The notes beneath the pieces are model-generated. The model worked only from the letters and a program-made list of their open reading frames with translations. It made no database searches and was not told the DNA's origin. DNA of 64,000 bases from Heterodontus francisci. Lineage: Eukaryota. The DNA lies in the NCBI RefSeq assembly GCF_036365525.1, contig NC_090421.1:868001-932000 (forward strand), read 5' to 3'. The position numbers and the translations under genes were made by a program. Shown piece by piece: positions 38,712 to 50,934 of the stretch; the stretch's first letter is position 1, and each line of letters begins with the position of its first letter.

Positions 38712-39266
38712 ATCTCCCCATCGCCCTGTATCAATCTCCAAACTAATCCCACTGCCCCGCTCTCTCCCCGTCGCCCTGTATCAATCTCCAAGCTAATCCC
38801 ACTGCCCCGCTCTCTCCCCATCGCCCTGTATCAATCCCCAAACTAATCCCACTGCCCCGCTCTCTCCCCATAGCCCTGTATCAATCTCCAAACTAATCCC
38901 ACTGCCCCGCTCTCTCCACATCACCCTGTATCAATCCCCAAACTAATCCCACTGCCCCGCTCTCTCCCCATCGCCCTGTATCAATCTCCAAGCTAATCCC
39001 ACTGCCCCGCTCTCTCCCCATCGCCCTGTATCAATCCCCAAACTAATCCCACTGCCCCGCTCTCTCCACATCGCCCTGTATCAACCCTAAACTAATCCCA
39101 CTGCCCCGCTCTCTCCCCATCGCCCTGTATCAATCCCCAAACTAATCCCACTGCCCCGCTCTCTACACATCGCCCTGTATCAATCTCCAAACTAATCCCA
39201 CTGCCCCGCTCTCTCCACATCACCCTGTATCAATCCCCAAACTAATCCCACTGCCCCGCTCTCTCC
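38712..39266. repeat. 50-bp minisatellite (~11 copies), same family and orientation as 61-610
   Basis: Unit actgccccgctctctccccatcgccctgtatcaatccccaaactaatccc. Confidence 0.92.
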
Positions 39267-39801
39267 TTGGACATCTGTATCTCAACAACGTGCATTTATG
39301 TAATAAATTTTTAATGTCCAGGAACGTTGCAAGGTGTGTCCAAGGAGAGTTATCAGACACTCTTTCACACCGAGCCAATGTAGGTGAGCAGAAGCTGCTT
39401 CAGAGGTGGGTTTTAATGGAGGGGAGGTGAGGAGTGGGGGAGGGATCAGTTAGGGAAGGAACTCCAGAGCTGAAGCCCCAGGCAGCTGAAGGCATGGCTG
39501 CTAATGGTGGAGTTGGGGGAGTGTGGAAGATGTCTGAACTCTTGCCTTTAAGAGATGCCATGGTCTCCCTAATGCATGATGGTTTACCCTGTTGCGTTGT
39601 CCAGGGACAGGAGGCCTCTCTGCCCCACCGTGCTTTCCCCTTCTCTTCCCCCCCACCCAGCCTGGTGCCACCAGGAGTGCCTCCTACCCACTCCCCTTAC
39701 CCATGAATCAAAATATCCACCCCTTAATCTCCCGATATGGCACAGCAGATAGAGGCATCTGATTATTAAACACAAAAGTCTTATTGAGTGAGGTCAATGG
39801 T

Positions 39802-39807
39802 TTTATT
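39802..39807 (-). terminator. coq10a: Candidate coq10a polyadenylation signal
   Basis: tttatt on + strand (AATAAA on -) ~800 nt past the stop codon. Confidence 0.5.
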
Positions 39808-40599
39808 AATCGCAGAAGTGCGTAAACTGTACAGTGGGGACTGGAGTAAAGGGGAATAGACAACACACACCTAGCTCCCCCCACACTGCCAGAGGAAGGT
39901 GTTCGAGCCTGTATATAAAATGCCCTGGGCTGTCACTGAGCAGCAGTTTATACCAGTGTGTGTCTCGAAAGGTGGCAGTATCGCATTACACAGTGGATTC
40001 TCTGGAGGAAGGGGGTGGAACCCGTATAGACAATGAGGAGGGGGTTTGGGAGGCAGTAGGGTGGGGGGGGGGGGGTGGTTGATGGTGCCCATGCTGAGGG
40101 GGAACAGAGACACATTTTAGAAATGATCCCCACTCGTAGTTCCGGTAGGTTGAAGTGCTCCAGTGAAACATGATGTGGTTGTGCCGGTTCAGCCCTGCAC
40201 GCCCTATTTCTCCTGCCCACGCTTCCTGTCTCTGAAACCTAGCTTCCGGTTGTCACGGTTTGTCACACTTGTGCCAACTTTCTCCCCCCTCCAGTTCCTG
40301 CAGCTGCATTTCGGTCCATGTAAACATGTCACGTTGTAATTACACCCTCCCACCAGCGGGGCGATACAGCACCTCAGCCTTGAATCCCCGACGCAGTTTC
40401 TACTGCAACACAGGAACTAGGAGGAGGCCATTCAGCCCCTCCTCGAGCCTGTTGCACAGGAACTAGGAGGAGGCCATTCAGGTTACAGGACAACGGAATG
40501 ATGTCGCGAAGAATGGTGGGAGGTCAGTCATTGCTGCCGCGCTCCTGTTGTGCTGCCCTGGAGAGGGGGCCCCCCGCCCCCCTCACCCCTTCCACCTCC

Positions 40600-40767
40600 T
40601 CACGTCTGCTCAAACGAATCGGGCATCAACTCCCGCGGGACGCTGGTCTCCAGGCCGTACAGCTGTGATGCTCTGCGCTCGAACGCCGCCACCATCTTCT
40701 TCACCACCTCGTCGAAGAAGACGGCGGCCACCTGAGAATGCAGCAGCGACCGGAACTCGAAAGAGAC
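40600..40767 (-). CDS. coq10a: Coenzyme Q-binding protein COQ10 homolog A, exon 5
   Basis: [55 protein letters not shown] then TGA. Confidence 0.95.
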   Translation of the reverse strand, partial: VSFEFRSLLHSQVAAVFFDEVVKKMVAAFERRASQLYGLETSVPRELMPDSFEQT

Positions 40768-40879
40768 CTAGGGAGGGAGGGAGAAGGCGGTGAAAGAAAA
40801 ACAGCCAGCGATCGCCGTACCAGGCGAGATCCCTCAAACCACGGCGAATAAAATGAAAATTATGCAGCAGCGAGAGGAC

Positions 40880-41445
40880 CACGTCCCAGTTCTGTGCACC
40901 GCACATTAGGGAGGATGTCGGGGCCTCGGAGAGTGGGGTTGCGGAGGAGATTGACCAGAACGGTCCCGGGGGGGTGGGGGGATGAGTGACTGCAGTCAAT
41001 GCAGAGAGACTGGGAGAAGCTGGGATTGTTCTTCCTCGGAGCAGAGAAGGTTAAGGGGGAGATTTAATGGAGGCGTTCGGAATCAGGAGGGGGGTTTGGA
41101 TAGAGTAGAGAGAGAGGGAGAAACTGTCTCCGGTGTCGGGAGGGTCGGTAACCAGATGGACACAGATTTAAGATAATCGGTAAAAGAACCAGAGGGGGAG
41201 AGAGGAGGAGAATGTTTTTTGACAGTGAGTTGTTGTGATCTGGAACGCGCTGCCTGAAAAGGCGGTGGAAGCAGATTCAATAGTAACTTTCAAAAGGGGG
41301 AATTGGATAAATACTGGATGGGGGATAGATTTGCAGGGATGTTGGGGGGGAAAGAGCAGGAGGGGGGGAGCGGAGACTAATTGGATCGATCTTTCAAAGA
41401 GCCAGCACAGGCACGACGGGCCGAATGGACTCCTCCTGTGCTGTT
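40880..41445 (+). mobile_element. CR1 LINE 3' fragment in coq10a intron 4
   Basis: [19 protein letters not shown] plus 3' UTR. Confidence 0.8.
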
Positions 41446-41491
41446 TCATTCCACGATTGTAACTAGTCTGGCCAATACCAGGGGTACATAC

Positions 41492-41593
41492 TGAGAAATC
41501 GACGGTACATGTGCTCGGGTATCCGTGAATGCCAGGGCTGAACCGCCACACGGTCTCCAGGTGATTGAGGATTTTCCCGTCAGTACACACGGC
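41492..41593 (-). CDS. coq10a: COQ10A exon 4
   Basis: [34 protein letters not shown], 102 nt, AG/GT bounded. Confidence 0.96.
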
Positions 41594-41900
41594 CTGCGAG
41601 GAGGAGAAGGTAGATCAGAACGGAGCCAGACACGACTGGAAACCTGGCCCACACCCTGATTTCCCCCGCTGTTCGGGTTGCGTTGGGGGTTTGACTGTGC
41701 GCCGCACTGTCGGAGGGTCAGTGCCCGGGGAGCGCCGCACTGTCGGAGGGTCAGTGCCCGGGGAGCGCCGCACTGTCGGAGGGTCAGCGTTGGAATCGTG
41801 GCAGTGGGAGTGTCCAGGGCTGAAACCGCTGGAGTGGCTGACATTGCTATGAAACTTCCATTATTGACACCAGGTAATGCACAGTTATTCCAGCACATAC

Positions 41901-42093
41901 CTTCACGAGGTGAGGCCGCACCAGTGTCATGGCTGACGTGTATCGCTCCAGTATCGGTGGGAAGCCGACCTCAAGCTCCGCCTTTGCGTGTCCTGCACGT
42001 TTCAGCAGGACAGTTGAACGTTTGCACCAGGGCACGAAGTGTTTGTAATCCTCCACGTTTGCCACAACATTGTACATCTGCAGCATGGCGTAC
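41901..42093 (-). CDS. coq10a: COQ10A exon 3
   Basis: (G)[26 protein letters not shown]...[30 protein letters not shown]/cyclase-type domain, 193 nt. Confidence 0.97.
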
Positions 42094-42095
42094 CT

Positions 42096-42390
42096 AAAGA
42101 GAAAGAAAGTGCATTTACATAGTGCCAGCCACGTCCTCAGGACCTCCCAAGCGCTTTACAGCCAATTAAGTACTTTCTGGAGTGCAGTTACTGTGGCAGG
42201 AAACACGGCGGCCAATTTGCGCACAGCAAGCTCCCACGAGCAGCGATTGTGATGACCAGTTCTTTTTGGTGATGATTGCAGGATAAATATTAGACATGTC
42301 ACCAGAGAGAACTCCCCCGCCGACCCTCCGACAGTGCGGCGCTCCCTCAGTGCCAACCCTCCGACACTGCGGCACTCCCTCAGTACTGGC
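42096..42390 (-). mobile_element. Deu-domain SINE whose 3' tail abuts the coq10a exon 3 acceptor
   Basis: Minus strand ...gcgcttgggaggtcctgaggacgtggctggcactatgtaaatgcactttctttctcttt-AG. Confidence 0.8.
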
Positions 42391-42856
42391 AGCAGGAGCG
42401 TCAACGTTGAACGAAATCTCTTTTCGCTAACACATCATTTCCTCTTTCCCGACCCCAGTGAGGGTGCAGCCTGTTATTATAAGCCAGCTCTCTTAAGTCC
42501 AGGTTATGTCAGGAGATAATGTCTCCTTTAATGCAGACAGCAAAGGGTCTCACCATCAGCACCGAGTCCTGACTTGTTACGCTACTTTTAAAATATATCA
42601 CAATCTCAATTTGTTCGATTATAACATTCTGAATTCAGCTTGTGTACACAGTTGAATATTTTCCAGACCTCCATGTCTCTTTCCTACCCCACCCCACCCT
42701 GGCCCCCTTTGAACCCCATTCCCTTGGGTTTATCCTGACCTTTCCCCGTGCCCTTTACACATGGGCATGTAACTGCAGCTTGACCCTTTGGCCCTTGACC
42801 GCCGGGTGACAAGGGGGATCTGACCGGCATGCTCAGCCACTTCGCAGAAATCTCAC

Positions 42857-43003
42857 CCGATGATCCGTCTCTCTGCAAACTCCTTCCTCCTGTTGGTCAG
42901 CAGCCCCGGGACATTGAAGAAGGTTCTCGATGCCCGCGCCGGACGTGTGGTTCGCTCCCTCTTCGGCCCTCCGCCCACCAGGACAGCACCCGACGACAGG
43001 TGT
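42857..43003 (-). CDS. coq10a: COQ10A exon 2
   Basis: (R)HLSSGAVLVGG...SRTFFNVPGLLTNRRKEFAERRII(G), 147 nt, phase 2/2. Confidence 0.92.
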
Positions 43004-43249
43004 CTGGGGTAAAACATACAGAATGAATATCGGTAGTTGTAAATGGGAATGCTGTCCGTTCCAACAACTGCCAGCATTTAAATAACGACTGACACAGCGA
43101 AACGTCCCAAGCAGGGTGTCCTAACTCACACCAGAACCCGTTCGCCCATCACCTGCCCCCTGGACTCTCTGACCCTACACCGACTCCCCTCAAACAACAC
43201 TTCACTTTTAAATTTCACATCCTTGAATTCAAATCCCTCCAGGGCCTCC

Positions 43250-44905
43250 TCATCCATCTCTGTAACCTCCTCCAGCCCCTCCGACCCTCCCTATCTCTGT
43301 AACCTCCTCCAGCCCCTCCCTATCTCTGTAACCTCCTCCAGCCCCTCCCTATCTCTGTAACCTCCTCCGACCCTCCCTATCTCTGTAACCTCCTCCAGCC
43401 CCTCCGACCCTCCCTATCTCTGTAACCTCCTCCGGCCCCTCCGACCCTCCTATCTCTGCAACCTCCTCCGGCCCCTCTGACCCTCCCTATCTCTGCAACC
43501 TCCTCCGGCCCCTCCGACCCTCCTATCTCTGTAACCTCCTCCAGCCCCTACAACCCTTCCTATCCCTGTAACCTTCTCCAGCCCCTACAACCCTTCCTAT
43601 CTCTGTAACGTTCTCCAGTCCCTACGACCCTCCCTATCTCTGTAACCTCCTCCGGCCCCTACGACCCTCCTTATCTCTGTAACCTCCTCCAGCCCCTACA
43701 ACCCTTCCTATCCCTGTAACCTTCTCCAGCCCCTACAACCCTCCCTATCTCTGTAACTTCCTCCAGCCCATCTGACCCTCCCTATCTCTGTAACCTCCTC
43801 CAGCCCCTACAACCCTTCCTATCTCTGTAACGTTCTCCAGTCCCTACGACCCTCCCTATCTCTGTAACCTCCTCCAGCCCCTCCAACCCTCCCTATCTCT
43901 GTAACCTCCTCCGGCCCCTCCGACCCTCCTATCTCTGCAACCTCCTCCGGCCCCTCTGACCCTCCCTATCTCTGCAACCTCCTCCGGCCCCTCCGACCCT
44001 CCCTATCTCTGTAACCTCCTCCAGCCCCTACAACCCTTCCTATCCCTGTAACCTTCTCCAGCCCCTACAACCCTTCCTATCTCTGTAACGTTCTCCAGTC
44101 CCTACGACCCTCCCTATCTCTGTAACCTCCTCCGGCCCCTACGACCCTCCTTATCTCTGTAACCTCCTCCAGCCCCTACAACCCTTCCTATCCCTGTAAC
44201 CTTCTCCAGCCCCTACAACCCTTCCTATCTCTGTAACCTCCTCCAGCCCCTACAACCCTTCCTATCTCTGTAACGTTCTCCAGTCCCTACAACCCTCCCT
44301 ATCTCTGTAACTTCCTCCAGCCCCTCTGACCCTCCCTATCTCTGTAACCTCCTCCAGCCCCTACAACCCTTCCTATCTCTGTAACGTTCTCCAGTCCCTA
44401 CGACCCTCCCTATCTCTGTAACCTCCTCCGGCCCCTCCGACCCTCCTATCTCTGCAACCTCCTCCGGCCCCTCTGACCCTCCCTATCTCTGCAACCTCCT
44501 CCGGCCCCTCCGACCCTCCCTATCTCTGTAACCTCCAGCCCCTACAACCCTTCCTATCCCTGTAACCTTCTCCAGCCCCTACAACCCTTCCTATCTCTGT
44601 AACGTTCTCCAGTCCCTACGACCCTCCCTATCTCTGTAACCTCCTCCGGCCCCTACGACCCTCCTTATCTCTGTAACCTCCTCCAGCCCCTACAACCCTT
44701 CCTATCCCTGTAACCTTCTCCAGCCCCTACAACCCTTCCTATCTCTGTAACCTCCTCCAGCCCCTACAACCCTCCCTATCTCTGTAACGTTCTCCAGTCC
44801 CTACAACCCTCCCTATCTCTGTAACTTCCTCCAGCCCCTACAACCCTCCCTATCTCTGTAACCTCCTCCAGCCCCTACAACCCTCCCCATCTCTGTAACC
44901 TCCTC
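43250..44905. repeat. ~37-bp minisatellite amplified inside an L2 fragment
   Basis: Unit ccctatctctgtaacctcctccagcccctacaaccct; 43105-43250 is L2 sequence leading into the unit. Confidence 0.92.
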
Positions 44906-45787
44906 CCGGTTTTGTTTGATGACTCTCCTCGGCGTGTTTTAATACATTTAAAAACTTTATAGAATTGCAAGTAATTGATTTCAGCCAAAACTTGGCTCCA
45001 AGCCATGTCAGGAGATAAACTCCTGAAACAGCAAAGCTTTAACGACTGGTAATCTGATTTTGGTTCAGAGATAAATATTGGCCCCAGGATATTAGGGAGA
45101 ATTCCCCACGATTTTCTTCCAAATAGAGGCGCTCCCTCAGTTCTGACCCTCCGACAGTGCGGCACTCCCTCAGTTTTGCACTGGGGACGTCAGCCTGGAT
45201 TATATGCTCAAGTCTCTGATGTGCTGTCAAAGCTTTGTGACTCAGTGCGAGCCACTGGGCCGTGGGCAGGAGCAGAACATATTTCTCACAGTATGAAATA
45301 AGTACAATTTTTGAATCAACAGGCACAATTCCCAGCCAGCTGCGTCACCTGCGTGTTAAACACGGGGAAACATACTCATTGTAAAACTATTATCTTTTTA
45401 AATATAATTTTCTCATTGGGAAAAAAACTCCTCCCAGGTTGAAAATGAGTTCAAAACCTGAGCAATGTTGCCCCACGATTAAGCAGACCCTCCTGAAATC
45501 AAACTGGGGGAGGCCTGTGCTCGCTCTTTCTGTACTAGTCTTTCTGCACTTTGTGCCAATTGGACACGGAGCCAGACACACACTGACACAGAGGTAGAGA
45601 CACACAGACTCTCTCTCACACATATCTAAACTCTTTGTCGGTTTGCTGCTTGCTGACCACATTGACAGAGACCCGGGAACCTCCAGATCAAAAAGGTACC
45701 ACAATCTGCATCCCATTGACCAGCAGGAGGACCCGGTCCCCCTGTTCCAAAGCCGAGTGGGAGAGGCTGTTTAAAGCCCACCTTTAC

Positions 45788-45879
45788 CTGGCTGTCCAGT
45801 GCCCAGATGTGTCCCAGGATTGATTGACAGCTGCCTGCAGGAGGGGAGCATTCAGAAGCCGCAGCAAACTCCTGGCCAT
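45788..45879 (-). CDS. coq10a: COQ10A exon 1 (putative; ATG abuts an N-gap)
   Basis: MARSLLRLLNAPLLQAAVNQSWDTSGHWTA plus AG/gtaaag, a phase-2 donor in frame with exon 2; presequence-like start. Confidence 0.7.
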
Positions 45880-46139
45880 NNNNNNNNNNNNNNNNNNNNN
45901 NNNNNNNNNNNNNNNNNNNNNNNNNNNNNNNNNNNNNNNNNNNNNNNNNNNNNNNNNNNNNNNNNNNNNNNNNNNNNNNNNNNNNNNNNNNNNNNNNNNN
46001 NNNNNNNNNNNNNNNNNNNNNNNNNNNNNNNNNNNNNNNNNNNNNNNNNNNNNNNNNNNNNNNNNNNNNNNNNNNNNNNNNNNNNNNNNNNNNNNNNNNN
46101 NNNNNNNNNNNNNNNNNNNNNNNNNNNNNNNNNNNNNNN

Positions 46140-46254
46140 TCTCCCCCCTTCTACCCCCTCTCTCTCTCTCTCCCCCCTTCTACCCCTCTCTCTCTCTCTC
46201 TCTCTCTCCCCTTCTACCCCACTACCCCCTACCCCCTCTCTCACTCTCCCCTTC

Positions 46255-46290
<36 letters not shown>

Positions 46291-49138
46291 CTTCTCTCTC
46301 TCTCCCCTTCTACCTTCTCTCTCTCTCTCTCTCTCTCTCCCCCCTTCTACCCCCCCCCCTCTCTCTCTCTCTCTCTCCCCTTCTACCCCTCTCTCTCTCT
46401 CTCTCCCCTTCGACCCCCTCTCTCTCTCTCTCCCCCTCTCTCTCTCTCCCCTTCTACCCCCCCTNNNNNNNNNNNNNNNNNNNNNNNNNNNNNNNNNNNN
46501 NNNNNNNNNNNNNNNNNNNNNNNNNNNNNNNNNNNNNNNNNNNNNNNNNNNNNNNNNNNNNNNNNNNNNNNNNNNNNNNNNNNNNNNNNNNNNNNNNNNN
46601 NNNNNNNNNNNNNNNNTCTCTCCCCTTCTCCCCCCTCTCTCTCTCTCTCCCCTTCTACCCCCTCTCTCTCTCTCCCCTTCTACCCCCTCTCTCTCTCTCC
46701 CCTTCTACCCCCTCTCTCTCTCTCCCCTTCTACCCCCTCTCTCTCTCTCCCTTCTACCCCCTCTCTCTCTCTCCCCTCTCTCTCTCTCCCCTTCTACCCC
46801 CTCCCTCTCTCTCCCCTTCTCCCCCCTCTCTCTCTCCCCTTCACCCCCCTCTCTCTCTCCCCTTCTCCCCCCCTCTCTCTCTCCCCTTCTCCCCCCCTCT
46901 CTCTCTCCCCTTCTCCCCCCCTCTCTCTCTCCCCTTCTCCCCCCTCTCTCTCTCCCCTTCTCCCCCCTCTCTCTCTCCCCCCCTATCCCCCTCTCTCTCT
47001 CCCCTTCTATCCCCCTCTCTCTCTCCCCTTCTATCCCCCTCTCTCTCTCCCTTCTCCCCCCCTCTCTCTCCCCTTCTATCCCCCTCTCTCTCTCCCCTTC
47101 TATCCCCCTCTCTCTCTCCCCTTCTATCCCCCTCTCTCTCTCCCCTTCTATCCCCCTCTCTCTCTCCCCTTCTATCCCCCTCTCTCTCTCCCCTTCTATC
47201 CCCCTCTCTCTCTCCCCTTCTATCCCCCTCTCTCTCTCCCCTTCTATCCCCTCTCTCTCTCCCTTCTATCCCCTCTCTCNNNNNNNNNNNNNNNNNNNNN
47301 NNNNNNNNNNNNNNNNNNNNNNNNNNNNNNNNNNNNNNNNNNNNNNNNNNNNNNNNNNNNNNNNNNNNNNNNNNNNNNNNNNNNNNNNNNNNNNNNNNNN
47401 NNNNNNNNNNNNNNNNNNNNNNNNNNNNNNNNNNNNNNNNNNNNNNNNNNNNNNNNNNNNNNNNNNNNNNNNNNNNNNNNNNNNNNNNNNNNNNNNNNNN
47501 NNNNNNNNNNNNNNNNNNNNNNNNNNNNNNNNNNNNNNNNNNNNNNNNNNNNNNNNNNNNNNNNNNNNNNNNNNNNNNNNNNNNNNNNNNNNNNNNNNNN
47601 NNNNNNNNNNNNNNNNNNNNNNNNNNNNNNNNNNNNNNNNNNNNNNNNNNNNNNNNNNNNNNNNNNNNNNNNNNNNNNNNNNNNNNNNNNNNNNNNNNNN
47701 NNNNNNNNNNNNNNNNNNNNNNNNNNNNNNNNNNNNNNNNNNNNNNNNNNNNNNNNNNNNNNNNNNNNNNNNNNNNNNNNNNNNNNNNNNNNNNNNNNNN
47801 NNNNNNNNNNNNNNNNNNNNNNNNNNNNTTTTCTATCCTCTTCCCTCTCTCTCCCCTTTTCCCTCTTCTCCCTCTCTCTATCCTCTTCCCTCTCTCTCCC
47901 CTTTTCCCTCTTCTCCCTCTCTCTATCCTCTTCCCTCTCTCTCTCCTTTTCCCTCTTCCCTCTCTCTCTCCTTTTCCCTCTTCCCTCTCTCTCCCCTTTT
48001 CCCTCTTCTCCCTCTCTCTCCCCTTTTCCCTCTTCTCCTCTCTCTATCCTCTTCCTCTCTCTCCCCTTTTCCCTCTTCTCCCTCTCTCTATCCTCTTCCC
48101 TCTCTCTCCCCTTTTCCCTCTTCTCCCTCTCTCTATCCTCTTCCCTCTCTCTCCCCTTTTCCCTCTTCCCTCCCCTTTTCCCTCTTCCCTCTCTCTCCCC
48201 TTTTCCCTCTTCCCTCTCTCTCCCCTTTTCCCTCTTCCCTCTCTCTCTCCTTTTCCCTCTTCTCCCTCTCTCTATCCTCTTCCCTCTCTCTCCCCTTTTC
48301 CCTCTTCCCTCTCTCTCCCCTTTTCCCTCTTCCCTCTCTCTCTCCTTTTCCCTCTTCCCTCTCTCTCCCCTTTTCCCTCTTCTCCCTCTCTCTCCCCTTT
48401 TCCCTCTTCTCCCTCTCTCTATCCTCTTCCCTCTCTCTCCCCTTTTCCCTCTTCTCCCTCTCTCTATCCTCTTCCCTCTCTCTCCCCTTTTCCCTCTTCT
48501 CCCTCTCTCTATCCTCTTCCCTCTCTCTCCCCTTTTCCTCTTCCCTCTCTCTCCCCTTTTCCCTCTTCCCTCTCTCTCCCCTTTTCCCTCTTCCCTCTCT
48601 CTCCCCTTTTCCCTCTTCTCCCTCTCTCTATCCTCTTCCCTCTCTCTCCCCTTTTCCCTCTTCCCTCTCTCTCCCCTTTTCCCTCTTCTCCCTCTCTCTA
48701 TCCTCTTCCCTCTCTCTCCCCTTTTCCCTCTTCTCCCTCTCTCTATCCTCTTCCCTCTCTCTCCCCTTTTCCCTCTTCTCCCTCTCTCTATCCTCTTCCC
48801 TCTCTCTCCCCTTTTCCCTCTTCTCCCTCTCTCTATCCTCTTCCCTCTCTCTCCCCTTTTCCCTCTTCTCCCTCTCTCTCCCCTTTTCCCTCTTCTCCCT
48901 CTCTCTATCCTCTTCCCTCTCTCTCCCCTTTTCCCTCTCTCCCTCTCTCTATCCTCTTCCCTCTCTCTCCCCTTTTCCCTCTTCTCCCTCTCTCTATCCT
49001 CTTCCCTCTCTCTCCCCTTTTCCCTCTTCTCCCTCTCTCTATCCTCTTCCCTCTCTCTCCCCCTTTTCCCTCTTCTCCCTCTCTCTATCCTCTTCCCTCT
49101 CTCTCTCCTTTCCCTCTTCCCCTCTCCTCCTCTCTTTC
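46140..49138. repeat. ~3-kb homopyrimidine/homopurine low-complexity tract with N-gaps
   Basis: Almost only C and T on the + strand (ctctctcccctt units). Confidence 0.95.
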
Positions 49139-49319
49139 CCTGGCTGGCTAATGTCATGTGAATCTATGTCTTCCTTTTTTATTGCATCATTAGCACCGCC
49201 CTCTGCTCTCAGGATGCTGCAGTATTATGGGATGTGTAGTCCAAACTCAGACAGAAGGAGAAACCTCCCCCACTTGGCACCAATCCGACCCCCCATTCCC
49301 TGCAAATCCGACCATCCTC

Positions 49320-50086
49320 CCCTGGGTCGATACTGGAGCCGGCCTGCAGGCGGCGGCGGCGCTGGCGGACTCCTCACCACTGGGTCGATGCCGGTGCCGG
49401 CCGGCAGGTGGCGGCGGCGCTGGCGGACTCTTCTCCTCTGACTCGATGCCGGAGCCGGCCGGCAGGTGGCGGCGGCGCTGGCGGACTCTCCTCACCTGGG
49501 TCGATGCTGGAGTCGGCCTGCAGGTGGCGGCGGCGCTGGCGGACTCTCCTCACCTGGGTCGATGCTGGAGTCGGCCTGCAGGTGGTGGTGGCGGCGCTGG
49601 CGGACTCTCCTCCTCTGACTCGATGCCGGAGCCGGCCGGCAGGTGGCGGCGGCACTGGCGGACTCGGGGGTGGGGTGGGGTGGGCTGGGCAATGCTGGAG
49701 CCGGCCTGGAGGTGGCGGCGGCGCTGGCGGACTCCTCACCCCTGGGTCGATGCCGGAGCCTGCCTGGAGGTGGCGGCGGCGCTGGCGGACTCCTCACCCC
49801 TGGGTCGATGCCGGAGCCTGCCGGCAGGAGGCGGCAGCGCTGGCGGACTCTTCTCCTCTGACTCGATGCCGGGGCCGGCCGAGGAGGCGGCGGCGCTGGC
49901 GGACTCCCCTCCTCTGACTCGATGCCGGAGCCGGCCGGCAGGAGGCGGCGGCGCTGGCGGACTCCCCTCCTCTGACTCGATGCCGGAGCCGGCCGGCAGG
50001 TGGCGGCGGCGCTGGCGGACTCCCCTCCTCTGACTCGATGCCGGAGCCGGCCGGCAGGAGGCGGCGGCGCTGGCGGACTCCCCTCC
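49320..50086 (+). repeat. GC-rich ~58-bp minisatellite (~13 copies) upstream of the ankrd52 ATG
   Basis: Unit tcgatgccggagccggccggcaggtggcggcggcgctggcggactcccctcctctgac. Confidence 0.9.
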
Positions 50087-50219
50087 TGGGGCTGAGCCGC
50101 GCTCTGAGGCGGGCCCTGGCTGGCGCTGGAGCCCCAGTGATGAGCCAGAGCGTCTCCGGGCGGCAGCAGCAACAGCTCCAGATCCCGACCGTCTGCCCGC
50201 GGCGCATACCGAGCAGGAC

Positions 50220-50246
50220 ATGGGGATTCTCAGCTTAACGGAGCAG
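50220..50246 (+). CDS. ankrd52: Ankyrin repeat domain 52 (PP6 regulatory ankyrin subunit C), coding exon 1
   Basis: MGILSLTEQ then gtgagg donor; human ANKRD52 begins MGILSITDQ; CpG-rich context and syntenic position. Confidence 0.88.
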
Positions 50247-50251
50247 GTGAG

Positions 50252-50660
50252 GAGCCGGGGATCCGCGGCCTGGAGTCCGGGGGTGAAGGCGGGGATGAGC
50301 GGCCTGGAGTCCGGGGGGAGGGCGGGGATCCGCGGCCTGGAGTCCGGGGGGAGGGCGGGGATCCGCGGCCTGGAGCCGAGGGAGAAGGCGGGGATCCGCG
50401 GCCTGGAGTCCGGGGAGAGGGCGGGGATCCGCGGCCTGGAGCCGGGGGAGAAGGCGGGGATGAGCGGCCTGGAGCCGGGGGAGAAGGCGGGGATCCGCGG
50501 CCTGGAGCCGGGGGAGAAGGCGGGGATCCGCGGCCTGGAGCCGGGGGAGAAGGCGGGGATGAGCGGCCTGGAGCCGGGGGAGAAGGCGGGGATCCGCGGC
50601 CTGGAGTCCGGGGGGAGGGCGGGGATGCGCGGCCTGGAGTCCTGGGGGAGGGCGGGGATG
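50252..50660 (+). repeat. 33-bp G-rich minisatellite (~12 copies) at the start of ankrd52 intron 1
   Basis: Unit gcggggatccgcggcctggagccgggggagaag. Confidence 0.92.
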
Positions 50661-50934
50661 TAGGGCCTCCACCCTGGAGGGTGTGGGATAAGCCTGGGGT
50701 TAGAGTAACTGGAAGGCTACAGCCAGGTTGTGGGTGTTAACAGGGGGATTAGTGGGTGAGTGGGGTTCTGGAAGCTGCTGCCTGCGCTTCCAACAGAATA
50801 TTTCCCATGCCCTGTGGTAAAGTTGTATTCTCATTTGCGTTAAATCGGATATCAAACATATTTCAAGCTGTCCAGCTGTATTTTGGGGATTTAGATGCCT
50901 GGGTAAAACATTAACCAAGGTGGGTGGATGGTCG

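Noticed and set aside
45799-49441. ORFs of 637-1205 aa rich in Pro/Ser/Leu or Arg/Glu/Gly
   Set aside because: They are translations of a C/T low-complexity tract and N-gaps, which lack stop codons by composition.
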